From positions 558,001 through 622,000 of the forward strand of contig CM035354.1 of assembly GCA_020137815.1 (NCBI GenBank): DNA of 64,000 nt. Reading direction: 5' to 3'. Positions 39,101 through 51,022 of the stretch are shown here, one piece after another. The notes beneath the pieces are model-generated. The model was not told the origin of the DNA. It saw only the letters and a list, made by a program, of their open reading frames with translations, and did no database searches. A program made the position numbers and the translations under genes. Position 1 is the first letter of the stretch; every line of letters begins with the position of its first letter. The stretch is from Hormiphora californensis (taxonomy: Eukaryota > Animalia > Ctenophora).

Positions 39101-40470
39101 GTCCTGCATACTGACCCTTACCCTCCCTGCAACAGAGTGGCTCCCCACAGTCTATAATACCTTTGTAAGTGTATTGGAGGTCAACGTGCACATCTGATAA
39201 CTGTACAACCCGAAGAGTCGGGTACCCATCCTGGGAGGGGAGAGCGAGAGTCAGAGAGAATTTGGGACTTAGGGAGAGCGAGAGTCAGAGAGAGGGAGGT
39301 TTGGGAGGGGTAGAGTCGGGTAACCATCCTGGGAGGGGAGAGAGGGAGGTTTGGTTGGGGAGAGGGAGCAGGGAGAGAGGGAGATTTGGGGAGAGGGAGG
39401 TTTGGGAGAGAGGGGGTTGGGGAGAGAGTCGGGTAATCATCCTGGGAGAGGAGGGAGGGGGTTGGGATAATAATACGAGGAAAGGATAGCACATACCTTG
39501 GGTCTCACAAGTGGTTACCGGGGGTGGTTTACACATACCTTCGGTCTCACAAGTGGTTCTCTGGGTGGTTTATCCCCTGGAATAGTAACGTTCCACATGG
39601 GAAACAGGTCCGCTGGTTCCCCACACTCGGGACCAATAGCTGCGTAACATAGCCAGGCAGGGTGAAGTAGCAGCTTAGCAGCGACTGTTATAAACTCATC
39701 CCGGAACTGCTGAACTATGAAGGAGCATACCTGGTGAGGGGAGGGGAGTTAGGGAGACTGGAGAAGAGACGGGATTGGGGTAGAGGGGAGTCAGGGAGAG
39801 GGGAGGGGTTAGGAGCATACCTGGAGGTGTTAAATATACCTGGAGGTGGGTAGGAAAGGAAGGATTGTGAATAATCTAGGGTAAGAAAATGCTCGCCATA
39901 CGAACCAAAGATCGAGGGATCACATTATCAAAAAACGAAAAACATGAAGCTGAATCTCAGTTGTAAGTGGTAATAAAGAAGCAGTTCTCACCCTCTTATC
40001 CTCGATGTGAAGATATATGCAGGCATCACGAATTAGTGAGACGATCTCTGTCTTGGAAACATTCTGCTGGACCAACACTTGTAGAACCTCAACGAACACT
40101 TCGCAGCCCAGACATTTGGTGTTTCTGGGGGTAAATGAATGCTAATAAATAAAACCGTAACAGATATATGTGTTTTATATAGCGGATAATATAAAGTTGG
40201 ACCCCGATTTACCGGGATGCTCGGAGGTTTTACCCGGTAAATCGGGGTGCCCGGTAAATCGGGGCCCATAATATCGGGGTCCGACTGTATGTGTTATCCA
40301 ATGCCCCCAACTTACAATAACTCTCCCTTCAGAAGCGCATCAATAGTTTTGTTTGTAGTTCTAAGAAAGTCTACCACCGTTGACTGGTCCTTCGGCTCCG
40401 TCCGAGGTTGAGTTATATCGAAGCCGCTCGAGGAGCCGAGTAGACACAAGGAAAGAAGTAAAACAAACAT
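36152..40470 (-). CDS. SMPD1: Acid sphingomyelinase (saposin-like region + metallophosphoesterase), multi-exon
   Basis: Signal peptide [16 protein letters not shown]; motifs [68 protein letters not shown]; Cys-rich end, stop at 36152-54. Confidence 0.92.
36373..37056. mobile_element. Fold-back element in the last SMPD1 intron
   Basis: YAGTTAAAGTAAGAGTGG ends; ~320-bp arms are reverse complements with scattered mismatches around a loop near 36715; TSD unclear. Confidence 0.85.
40194..40287. mobile_element. Short pogo/Tc1-like MITE, intronic
   Basis: AAGTTGGACCCCGATTTACCGGG ... ATCGGGGTCCGACTG|TA; the same right end occurs at ~21120-21140. Confidence 0.7.
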
Positions 40471-40795
40471 CTCACATGGTCAAATCTCCATGGACATTCT
40501 ATACGGTGGAGATAAGAGCTTGGGGGTTGGTATCGTACGATGAGTGTCCTGTTTCAAAGTTGGACTTCTGACAAGTTGCTTCCAGCACAGTACAGTTGTC
40601 AGTGACAACGGTACTGTGCTGGAAGCAAAAGGTGGACGTATGATTCTAGGGAGCGATAGAGAAAGGGACAAGAAAGGGACAAGAAAGGGAAATAATTGTC
40701 GATTTTCTCCTGGATTTAGCAATCGATCCGCTCATCATGGAGTGATGTCTGCCTATGATCGAACGAGAATAAAAGAATTCGATCAGACACTTCCG

Positions 40796-42136
40796 CACGG
40801 CGTGCCTGGTGAAATTTTAACACGACCTAGCATGCAACGGGAAACCACCACTTGTACGTGGTAGCTGAGGGTCTACAGAATGGCGCTACGGTGCGGGAAA
40901 AAAAAGTCCATTCCCTAAAATCGATTTTTTTACTTTTATTTGATTTGGGTCAAAATTGGCTATATTAAACGTGGTCCCGAAAAATCCATAATGACTTAGC
41001 ACACGAAATATGTCACCCCTACCTATTTTTGCACGTAGAATCGATTGCCGTTGAAGTCGAATCTCTAAAATGACTGTAAAATGGTCAAAAGTTGATTTTT
41101 TACCATTTTTTGGAGGTTTTTGGCCCCTAAACCATTGAAAACGTTGAGATAGGGATTTGAAACTAGTGCCAATCGTTAAAATGGTCATTTTTCTACCAAG
41201 AACCAAGTTTTCGTGTATATCCGATTTATGGTTAGATTTGGGCAAATTGTTGAAATCTGCCAACTAGGAGAACCGTAACTTGATTTTCTTGTTTTTTGGA
41301 TTTTGGCATTTTTGACAAACTTCTGATTGAAATGGTCAATCGGGACCATGCTTAAGTTGTTTATGGGACAATTTTCGACTAAAATCCAAGATTTCATACC
41401 AATCCAATAACAGATCGTTGATTTATAGAAAATTTAAGTAGGCAAAACGGTCAAAATGACAACTTTTCTTGCTTATTTTGACCGTTTTGCCTACTTAAAT
41501 TTTCTATAAATCAACGATCTGCTATTGGATTGGTATGAAATCTTGGATTTTAGTCGAAAATTGTCCCATAAACAACTTAAGCATGGTCCCGATTGACCAT
41601 TTCAATCAGAAGTTTGTCAAAAATGCCAAAATCCAAAAAACAAGAAAATCAAGTTACGGTTCTCCTAGTTGGCAGATTTCAACAATTTGCCCAAATCTAA
41701 CCATAAATCGGATATACACGAAAACTTGGTTCTTGGTAGAAAAATGACCATTTTAACGATTGGCACTAGTTTCAAATCCCTATCTCAACGTTTTCAATGG
41801 TTTAGGGGCCAAAAACCTCCAAAAAATGGTAAAAAATCAACTTTTGACCATTTTACAGTCATTTTAGAGATTCGACTTCAACGGCAATCGATTCTACGTG
41901 CAAAAATAGGTAGGGGTGACATATTTCGTGTGCTAAGTCATTATGGATTTTTCGGGACCACGTTTAATATAGCCAATTTTGACCCAAATCAAATAAAAGT
42001 AAAAAAATCGATTTTAGGGAATGGACTTTTTTTTCCCGCACCGTAGCGCCATTCTGTAGACCCTCAGCTACCACGTACAAGTGGTGGTTTCCCGTTGCAT
42101 GCTAGGTCGTGTTAAAATTTCACCAGGCACGCCGTG
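40796..42136. mobile_element. 1.34-kb almost perfect palindromic element, CAC..GTG termini, 4-bp TSD (Chapaev/CMC-like ends)
   Basis: Arms of ~660 bp (the same ORF pairs appear on both strands in the track), loop near 41458-41474; TSD TCCG at 40792-95 and 42137-40. Confidence 0.92.
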
Positions 42137-42539
42137 TCCGGGTGGTCGGTGGAGAATTGTTGTTATTCGGTAGAAAATTCTAACTGTTCGGTAGAAAACT
42201 CTGACAGAACGAGAGTAAAAACGGCAGTTCTTTTGTCTAAGTCTTGTTTATACCTTGACACCCCATTGAATCACGTCTTCGAAGTCTTTCGCGAAGTTTA
42301 TAGCTTTAGTTCTCCCGTCACCTGATGCACTAAAACGAACCTCAGCCTCACAGAACAACGACCGACGACCGTGCAGGAGTTAGTACCAGGTTCAGTAGCA
42401 GGTAGTAAGAGTAATGATGGAGTGAGAGTGGCGAGTAGGTTTTAGGTTTGGAATTAGAGGAAATGTGATAACGAACGTGTAACAAATCCTTCTATCGATC
42501 ATAAAAAAATTTAAAAAAAAATGTCTTTAATTCACACTC

Positions 42540-43653
42540 ATATCACTGCGCTGGCAAGCGCAAAGGTGACCATCCCCTCCCTCCAGCCGTGCGTGCCAAA
42601 GTGCAGTACATAATAACTTTTTTCAGTATTTAGCCAAAAATGGCATTTTGTGACGCCCATAGGGAAGCCCCCACTGCACCGATCGGTCTGAAATTTGGTA
42701 TACAGTGTCACATAGTCTAGATCTACTGTAGTTTAAAAGGGCAAGTCTCTAACTCTTTTATAGTTTTAGAGATATGGTATCGTAAAAAAAGCAATAAATG
42801 TCCCGGGTCTATCTATCTATGTATGGATAAACGCTGTTTTTTCCAAATTTATAATCACTTTTGAGAGAAAACGACATAAGATAGACACTTCTCGTTTGTT
42901 GCATTCGAAAGATAATCGTTCAAATTGTGTAGACGAATAGTTTTCATGTTCTTGGTCCAACCAGAACGTCTTAACAAACTGTCATAAAGATATGAGTTTT
43001 TTCAAATCAACCAAATTTCTTTGAGCTCAATTTACACCCTGAAGACGGCTTCTGATTGAAAAACGGAGACCGCACTTACGAAAGATAATCGTCTATACTT
43101 TCAGAAACTCTATCGCGAATTTGTGAAACTCTATTTCTAAGGGTCTCAAATCGCGTCTGAAGTGTTAAGACTGTATGAAAATAGATATGACGATAATGCG
43201 TTTTTCGCCAGAGCGACCTCAAATCTTGTCCAATCGATCTCAAACTTGGTCGGCATCTTTATCTAGATGAGCCTGATAATAATATATCCCTATCTTGACG
43301 TTATAACGTCGTGACGTCACGCTATGACGTCATAATGACGTCAAAATTGAAATTTTCGTATTTTAGCGATTCCTGACGGTCTTTACTGCACGTCCAGACA
43401 TGTCTTACATTGTACAATTTCACATCAGAAAATACCAAAAATATACCCCAATTATGCCAAAAACTAACAGAAATTAGTTGGCTCGAAAGGTGACCATTTT
43501 GTTGTCAAACTGACACCTTTGCCCGGCCCGGGTTACGTGAAAGAGAGAGATAGAAATGAGAGAGGGAAAGATCATGGTGAAACAAAGGTGTCAGTTTGAC
43601 AACAAAATGGTCACCTTTCGAGCCAACTAATTTCTGTTAGTTTTTGGCATAAT
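42540..43653. mobile_element. Non-autonomous element, possibly Helentron/DINE-1-like, with a fold-back right end
   Basis: Sub-terminal inverted motif AAAGGTGACC (~42562) / GGTCACCTTT (~43609), a (TCTA)n tract, a CCGATCGGTCTGAAATTTGG core and a 70-bp-arm hairpin at 43451-43653. Confidence 0.4.
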
Positions 43654-43657
43654 ATAA

Positions 43658-43748
43658 ATATCAATTGTCCATATCGATTGTCCATATCAATTGTCCATAT
43701 CAATTGTCCATATATCAATTGTCCATATCAATTGTCCATATCAATTGA
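43658..43748. repeat. 13-bp tandem repeat
   Basis: About 7 copies of ATATCAATTGTCC. Confidence 0.9.
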
Positions 43749-43997
43749 CAAAAAAGGAACGGGATCGTCGACTACGAAGGTCACCCAGGACTAACAGGAC
43801 CAACATAACCCTGGAGTAATAACTAGGGAATCTTAGGAAGGAGAGTAGGACCAGGTAATGCTGAAATTGGTTAGTATTCTAAAATTTAATAGGTTCACAC
43901 TGTCTTGAAAAGATGTTATTCAGCTATATAAAGGAGTCTCTCGATTAGGGATGATTAGGGATCGTGTTAGAGGGGATTGTGTTAGAGATAAGAGGGA

Positions 43998-44373
43998 TTA
44001 TAGGCCAGTTTTATTAATGTTGAATAAGGGATAGCATGCCTTCCAGATGGGCAAGAGTAGTCTGGTTTTCTCTTGAAGGGATGCGGGACATACTCTCTTC
44101 TGCTGTTCTAGGGTTACGGTACAGATGTTCTGGGCGTACCTGAATCGGGATATTATAAGGGATCGAAGGTCTTTTTTAATCCACTGGCGATTGACTCTAT
44201 GAGGGAAATGGGATAAGATGTCCGTCATAACGGAGTAAAGGGATTCATCTTTAATGAATTCTCGCTCCAAATAGTGAAGGACGTATCTCGCTCTTGTGAT
44301 AAGGTTGATGAGATCACTTTGGCAGTTAGTAGGGTAGGTAAGGACTAAGGATTTTAGATATATATCTCGACAT
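43998..44373 (-). other. Second intronless ORF remnant overlapping the end of the env-like gene
   Basis: An ATG at 44373 overlaps the env end; after an apparent frameshift the frame CQSDLINLITRARYVLHYLEREF...CYPLFNINKTGL* is open. No recognised homology. Confidence 0.35.
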
Positions 44374-45914
44374 CTCGCCTTGCTAAAAATATTACGATAA
44401 GTGAGGTGGCAATGATAACTAGGGATAAGAAAATAATAGAAATTATCATTAACCAGGTAGGTACAATTCGAGGGGCAGGGACAGGTTTATCAAGCGATTC
44501 AAGTAATGGTTGTAACAATTCTTCGGCTGTTTTGTTTACTCGATTACAGAGGGATGTCATTTGTTCAGTGATTTGGGATGAAGTTAATTGGTAGTTGTGA
44601 CCGGTTGTGAGGGAATACATAAGTGTTCAAGCTAATGGGGTCGGAATCAAAATACGGTGATTCAATGTCTGTTCGGCACACCTGGGCTGTTCCACAGTGG
44701 AACTTCCACTTAAGGAAAGCTGTCTTAGAAGTTAGAGATTGGAGTAGGGATAGGTTTTATAATCCCAATCTCGTCAATTGAATAGGCTTGATTACCCATA
44801 TTATGACGAAATAGAATACCCTGTAGGAGCTGGAGAAGTTCATAGGTACACATGAAGGGACAAGTTGAGATACGGTGTTGACATTCAATGCTACTAGATT
44901 GCAAACATGAAGTAGTGTTAAGAATGCTATAAGTGGGACAGATGTGTATGGAATTATGTTGTTTACAAGATAATGTGTCTATGTCATATGCCATATCGTT
45001 TCGAATGATAAGATTCAGGGGCAGATCATTGATCTGTAGAGTTAGGGACAAAGCTTCCTATTTGATGGATTTTATACAGACTAAATGATCATTTATTCAT
45101 AGATTACAGGGATAAACAGGACGAAATGAATGGAGGTCAAGTTTTTTGAAACATCCATGAGAGAAATATCGGCAACTGAATAATGTGAATATAAGAGATG
45201 AGGATTTTTATAAAAAATGGTTTTTGATAAATCGGGATGATCTGCTATTATCTCGTTTAATAATTCAGGGTTAATTATCGAGGGATTGAGGGATATCTTG
45301 CCTTCAAGTGCAGGACCTAACATTGTCAATGAGATGGGTGTTTCTCCAAAAGATGTTTTCCATCTCTTGCATGAGAATATCAGCTTGTATAATACAGTTA
45401 GAGGAATCAACGTAATTAACAAGATTGTTAAAGGCGGATTTTACGAGGGAAATAATATCATTCTTAATGATAGAAAGGGATTTAGTCTGAGCTAAGGCCT
45501 AAGATGTTATCTCGGACTTTACTAAGGGAAGCTTTGTTGGACTTGACATGCTGTTTGAGTTTAATGATCTGGTAATCGGTAATGCCATTGAAAACAAGGT
45601 TCATGATGCTAGGTAAAAGGTGGAGACTTCGTGACTGGCGATTAGGAGATCTTTCTAGGGAGACAAGATGTTAGTTCGGGTTGTAAGGTATTTGTTAGCC
45701 TTTTGCTTCCAGTATGACTTGAGAGTTCAGAGGTATAGTTAGAAATGTAAGTGGGATAACATTTTTTGTTTGCTAGAGCCCGCCTCATCATCTCATCAAG
45801 ATCATAGTTAAGGTTAGGGAGGTAAGGGGGTAAGCCAAGGGGGTAAGCCAAATTCTGTGAAGAAACAAACTGTAGGTGGTAACCTACGAAGAGCAACATT
45901 ATAGTCACAATCAT
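44354..45914 (-). pseudogene. Frameshifted, intronless class I viral fusion glycoprotein (F-type env-like)
   Basis: Joining frames gives a signal peptide (MIVTIMLLFVGYHLQFVSS), RQSR|SLHLLPSIMNLVFNGITDYQIIKLKQHV, heptads, ALEGKISLNPSIINPELLNEII, Cys cluster CKQHNSIHICP..CLQSSSIECQHRISTC, and C-terminal TM WLMIISIIFLSLVIIATSLIVIFLARR. Several frameshifts. Confidence 0.7.
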
Positions 45915-46359
45915 ATTAGTTGTAGCAGTGAAGCAGAATTGGCAAGTTGCTAGGGTAATGGGTTAGTTAGGTATACGTCATCAGCTGTCAAATTCATAAT
46001 CGGGTAATAGCTGAGGGAAAATTAATGAGATAATTTAATATACATTTCCTTCTGCGGCAAATATTTGACAGTCACAAGTATCACTCATCATAAGTGATAC
46101 TTTCCGGGAAAGATAATCTGCAAAGGGACATCGACAAGTTATGGAAATTCTCGTGTTAATTCCTGAAATATATGACGGGAGGGCATGAAATGCTGAGAAT
46201 ATTACGAATCTTTTGGATTTTCTCATCCCCTAAATCCAAGAGATAGTTACTTAGTATAACTGTCAATGACTCCGTGCCTAATTCTCTACTTAGGTCTGCA
46301 ACCTCTGTGCAGAAAAGACATGTTCTAACTCAAACTCTAATATTACAATATGGCGGTGG

Positions 46360-46368
46360 ACTATAAAA
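46360..46368 (+). promoter_or_regulatory. TATA box of secreted-protein paralogue 1 (same motif at ~50160 for paralogue 2)
   Basis: GGACTATAAAAGAG about 43 bp upstream of the ATG, conserved in both copies. Confidence 0.6.
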
Positions 46369-46404
46369 GAGCTTGGATGAATTCTACTGGCAGTTCGCAG
46401 AAAG

Positions 46405-48230
46405 ATGAAGATTGCTGTTGTATTGGTTTCGCTCCTAGCCACCGGTAAGCTTGGTGACCCCCCCCCCTCCTCTTTCCCACCTCTTAACTTCGTCCTCTTT
46501 TCGCTCTCCAGTTCGGCACCATACTTCAAACTCATCAATTTCAGGTTTGGCTGCTGATGTTTGGTGCAGCTACGAAGATAGCTACCTTGGTGGTTACTCT
46601 TATGGGCAATACTCATACTCAACTCTAACGGAAGCCCAGGACGCATGTATCCAGAGGTCTAGCTGTGGGGGGATTACCGATGAGCCGTACAATGGAGGCA
46701 GATATACTCTGAGGATAGGGCCTTCAGTTAAAGTGGGACAGAGCCCATCAGGTAAATTACATGATTGTTACTAACCCCCAATAAAAACCGTGTTGTTAGA
46801 TTTATAACTCTTTGCTCTTTATGATCATTGTTGAAATAAAACATTTCATTGCAGGGGAGACGTCCTGGACCATTTGCAAAGTGAAGAGTGTCGTCCTTGA
46901 AAGTTATAAATGGTGCGTCTATGAAGATAGCTACCTTGGCGGTTACTCTAGTGGCAGTTATACCACGTTCAAAGACCTGGTATCAGCCCAGAACGCTTGT
47001 CGTCAGAGGACTGATTGTGGGGGGATTACCGATGAGCCGTACAATGGAGGAAGATATACGCTGAGGAGGGGACCTACAGTTAAGCAGGGACAGAGCCCAA
47101 CAGGTAAGCAGTCCGAGGCACACACACTTTTTAGTAAGGTACCGGAGCCTTGCGATTAGGAAATTTTACTGTACCAGCTAATTTCTTCACTAATGTGTAC
47201 CCAAGGATCTCTACTAACACCACAGAAAACCCTAAAATCCGGTGAGAGGTGCAACACCTTCATTTCCGGGTGGGCGCGGTACCTGTATTTTCAGCCTGTG
47301 GCCAAAAATATTAATCCTCTTAGAATAGATAGGAGTAGAGAAAAAAATAAGGGCACTAGAGTGTGTAGCGTCCTCGCATTAGTGGGGGTAGGTGCCAGAA
47401 TTAAGTCCCTATCTCATCTGGTTAATTAGATAATTGTATAATTAGGTTTGCGCATAACCGTTTTTTGGCTTTATGGCTATAGCCACTTAGGAATGGTTAA
47501 GAGAATTTTCACTGGCGCCATTTTTTAGGCAAGGCAAATTTAAGGGGGGTCGATGTCGGACTTTTTAGCTCTATCTCCAACCGTTTAGCCGTTATTTGGC
47601 TTTAAAGGTGCCCAAAATTACCATTTTTTGCTCATTTTGGGCACCTTTGAAGCCAAATAACGGCTAAACGGTTGGAAATAGAGCTAAAAAGTCCGACATC
47701 GACCCCCCATAACTTTGCCTTGCCTAAAAAATGGCGCCAGTGAAAAGTCTCTTAACCATTCCTAAGTGGCTATAGCCATAAAGCCAAAAAACGGTTATGC
47801 GCAAACCTAATTATCCAATTATCTAATTAACCAGATGAGATAGGGACTTAATTCCGGCACCTACCCCCACTAATGCGAGGACGCTACACACTCTAGTGCC
47901 CTTATTTTTTTCTCTACTCCTATTCTAAGAGGATTTATGTTTTTGGCCACAGGCTGAAAATACAGGTACCACGCCCACCCGGAAATGAAGGTGTTGCACC
48001 TTTCACCGGATGTTAGGGTTTTCTGTGGTGTTAGTAGAGATCCTTGGGGACACATTAGTGAAGAAATTAGCTGGTACAGTAAAATTTCCCATTCAGGGCA
48101 TAAAATGGGGTTCCGGTACCTTACTACTTGATGTGATTTTAATATTTTAATAATTTGATTTTGATATTTCTAGACTGCAGACTCTAACTTGTTTATATCT
48201 TTAGGTGAAGTGTCATGGGTCCAGTGTTAA
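46405..48230 (+). CDS. Small secreted protein with two tandem Cys-rich (PAN/apple-like) repeats, paralogue 1
   Basis: Exons 46405-46444, 46545-46751, 46855-47103, 48205-48230, all phase 1. Signal peptide MKIAVVLVSLLATGLAA; repeat WC.YEDSYLGGY..L..AQ.AC.QR..CGGITDEPYNGGRYTLR.GP.VK.GQSP.GE.SW..C twice. Confidence 0.88.
47132..48126. mobile_element. Fold-back element (TAG..CTA) in intron 3 of paralogue 1, absent from paralogue 2
   Basis: TAGTAAGGTACCGGA ... TCCGGTACCTTACTA with ~480-bp arms; empty site CACACACTTGATG at ~50920; TSD approximately CTT. Confidence 0.9.
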
Positions 48231-48398
48231 GCAAGGTCAACACGGGTGAGACGGTAAAGTGGGACGATGCACCAACAACGTCACTGGATTATCTTGAGTT
48301 TAGTATGAGAGTAGTCATAGACAGTTTTATTGGAGAAGAATGAGATGTATATCGCGTGTTAGTTAATTAATTGAAATATCGTGTGTTAATTAATTGCA

Positions 48399-49526
48399 CT
48401 AGTAAACCCGTTCGCCCTACGGGCGAATTTCGGGGAACTGGTATTGGACATTGGTAGCTGGATTAGGGAACACTGACATCATCAGTCTAACTAATGGCAT
48501 GCACTATCCCATCTTAAAGTGAGAGTGGACCGAATCAGAATTGGACAAGTTTATTGTAGATAGTAGAGATTAGCTTTCCGAGCATTTTGCGTTTTTGCCG
48601 CTCAAAATCGACCCACCCATCACTGAGATATTTTTGTTATGTTGGGAGAATTCCTGCTGGATCAATATTTATCAAACAGGATAGAAACAATCCTTGTGTT
48701 TTACTAACACATTCTTTAAATTTTTGTTATGCTGGCTTGCATTGCCCTGCTTCTGTGCATGGACATGTCAACCTCACTGTTTCATATTTAAAATGTGTTA
48801 GTAAAACACCACGATTGTTTCTATTCTGTTTTATACATACTGATTAAACAGGTGTTCTCCCAACATAACAAAAATATCTCAGTGATGGGTGGGTCGATTT
48901 TGAGCGGCAAAAACGCAAAATGCTCAGAAAGCTAATCTCTACTACCTACAACAAAGTTACAAACTTGTCCAATTCTGATTCGGTCCACTCTCACTTTAAG
49001 TTACGGTACCGTAGAAGGAGCTCAGGCGGGATCGCTGCGAGTTTCTGGTTTCAGAACGTCAGATGATGATCAGGCGATCAAAGTTATAAAGAACTTACTA
49101 TTTCGTCTGTTTGCAGTATTCATCTGCCTTAATCTCTGAGATTGATCATCGGTTCTGTTTAACCTCTAACGTCTTGTTCGTTCTCTCTGCACTTCTTTTG
49201 GTGTTGCTGCATTTAAACCCCTCGGTGTATAATGGAAAAGTAGAGAATGGCGGTGAGATCTTGCGTGAATAACTCCAATTGTCGCTGTCGTATATCAACA
49301 GTTGTTGAAGAGAGCATATTAGCTGGAACAGTGACACAAACTAAAGCAAGATCAAATGCACGTGCACGTGCAGTATAGTAGCAACAGCCATTGGCAAAGG
49401 CTCCGACCCCTGGCCCCACTCCAATAGTACTCCACAGTCCACCTCTAAACCTGCACGTGCAAAATGCCATATAAGGTAAAAAAACCATCACCCATCATTT
49501 CCCTATTTGCTTTAATAATAGTATGA
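48399..49526 (-). mobile_element. Non-autonomous Helitron
   Basis: Minus strand A|TCATACTATTATTAAAGC ... hairpin TTCGCCCGTAGGGCGAA ... CTAG|T; no TSD; absent at the paralogous site ~51181. Confidence 0.85.
48518..48995. mobile_element. TTAA-flanked element with long TIRs (Kolobok-like ends) nested in the Helitron
   Basis: TTAA|AGTGAGAGTGGACCGAATC ... GATTCGGTCCACTCTCACT|TTAA, ~130-bp TIRs. Confidence 0.75.
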
Positions 49527-50203
49527 TTCTCACTATGAAGTTCAGTGTTTCAATAACTTGTTAACTTGATCTTGGAATCACACAATTCAGTGTTCTCGGT
49601 TTGGGCGGGTTCCGATGATCTGACTGGATAAGATCACAAAGATCTGAATAACATCGCAGTTACCCTGAAACTGGCCAGTTTGAGGTTCGAGACGCTGAGC
49701 CACCTTCAACCTAACCCAAACTAACATAGTAACAGAGTAAAAACGGCAGTTCTTTTATCTAAGTCTTGTTTATACCTCGACACCCCATTGAGTCACGTCT
49801 TCACAACTTTTGTTCATGATAGCACTCACGGGAGAACTAAAGACTTTATATGGAAGATCTGCGAGGATTGTGTTTTAGTGCATCACGTGATAATAAAACG
49901 TATGGGACCATTGTATGGAACACCAGCTAAGGGAAACTCGATCTCCTTTTACTTTTTAATTTCTACTCAAATGCACTAAAACACGGACAGGACAACTAAA
50001 GCTATAAACTTCGCGAAGACTTTGACAAGACGCATGATCTGGTGGTGGAGAAATGTCTTGAGTTCTGTGAGGTCACAGAACAACTCAACAACGACAGTGT
50101 TGGAGTTAGTACCAGGTGCAGTATGGCAGGTAGTAAGAGTAATGACGTGTGACAGTGGACTATAAAAGAGCTTGGATGAATTCTACTGGCAGTTTGCAGA
50201 AAG

Positions 50204-51022
50204 ATGAAGATTGCTATTGTATTGGTTTCGCTCCTAGCCACCGGTAAGCTTGGTGACCCACCCTCCCTCCCCCGGCCCCCTCCTCTTTCCACTCCCCCAG
50301 TTGAGGACCATACTTCAAACTCATCAATTTCAGGTTTGGCTGCTGATGTTTGGTGCAGCTACGAAGATAGCTACCTTGGTGGTTACTCTTATGGTCAATA
50401 CTCATACTCATCTCTGAAGGAAGCCCAGGACGCATGTATCCGGAGGTCTAGCTGTGGGGGAATTACCGACGAGCCGTATAATGGAGGGAGATATACGCTG
50501 AGGAAAGGACCTGCAGTTAGAGTGGGACAGAGCCCATCAGGTAAATTACATGATTGTTACTAACCCCAAATAAAAATCGTGTTGTTAGATTTATAACTCT
50601 TTATGATCATTGTTGAAATATAACATTTCATTGCAGGGGAGACGTCCTGGACCATTTGCAAGGTGAAGAATAATGTAGTCCTTGAAAGTTATAAATGGTG
50701 CGTCTATGAAGATAGCTACCTTGGTGGTTACTCGAGTGGCAGTTATACATTCAAAGACCTGGTATCAGCCCAGAACGCTTGTCGTCAGAGGACTGATTGT
50801 GGGGGGATTACCGATGAGCCGTACAATGGAGGAAGATATACGCTGAGGAGGGGACCTACAGTTAAACAGGGACAGAGCCCAACAGGTAAGCACTGCTTAC
50901 TAAGCAGTCCGAGGCACACACACACTTGATGTAATTTTAATATTTTGATATTTTGATGTTTCTAGAGTGCAGACTGTAACTTGTTTATATCTTTAGGTGA
51001 AGTGTCATGGGTCCAGTGTTAA
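50204..51022 (+). CDS. Small secreted two-repeat Cys-rich protein, paralogue 2
   Basis: Exons 50204-50243, 50334-50540, 50637-50885, 50997-51022; nearly identical to paralogue 1 with an intact frame. Confidence 0.88.

Noticed and set aside
40886-42046. Identical 125-aa and 70-aa ORFs on opposite strands
   Set aside because: Mirror images produced by the palindrome; no transposase or other recognisable motif.
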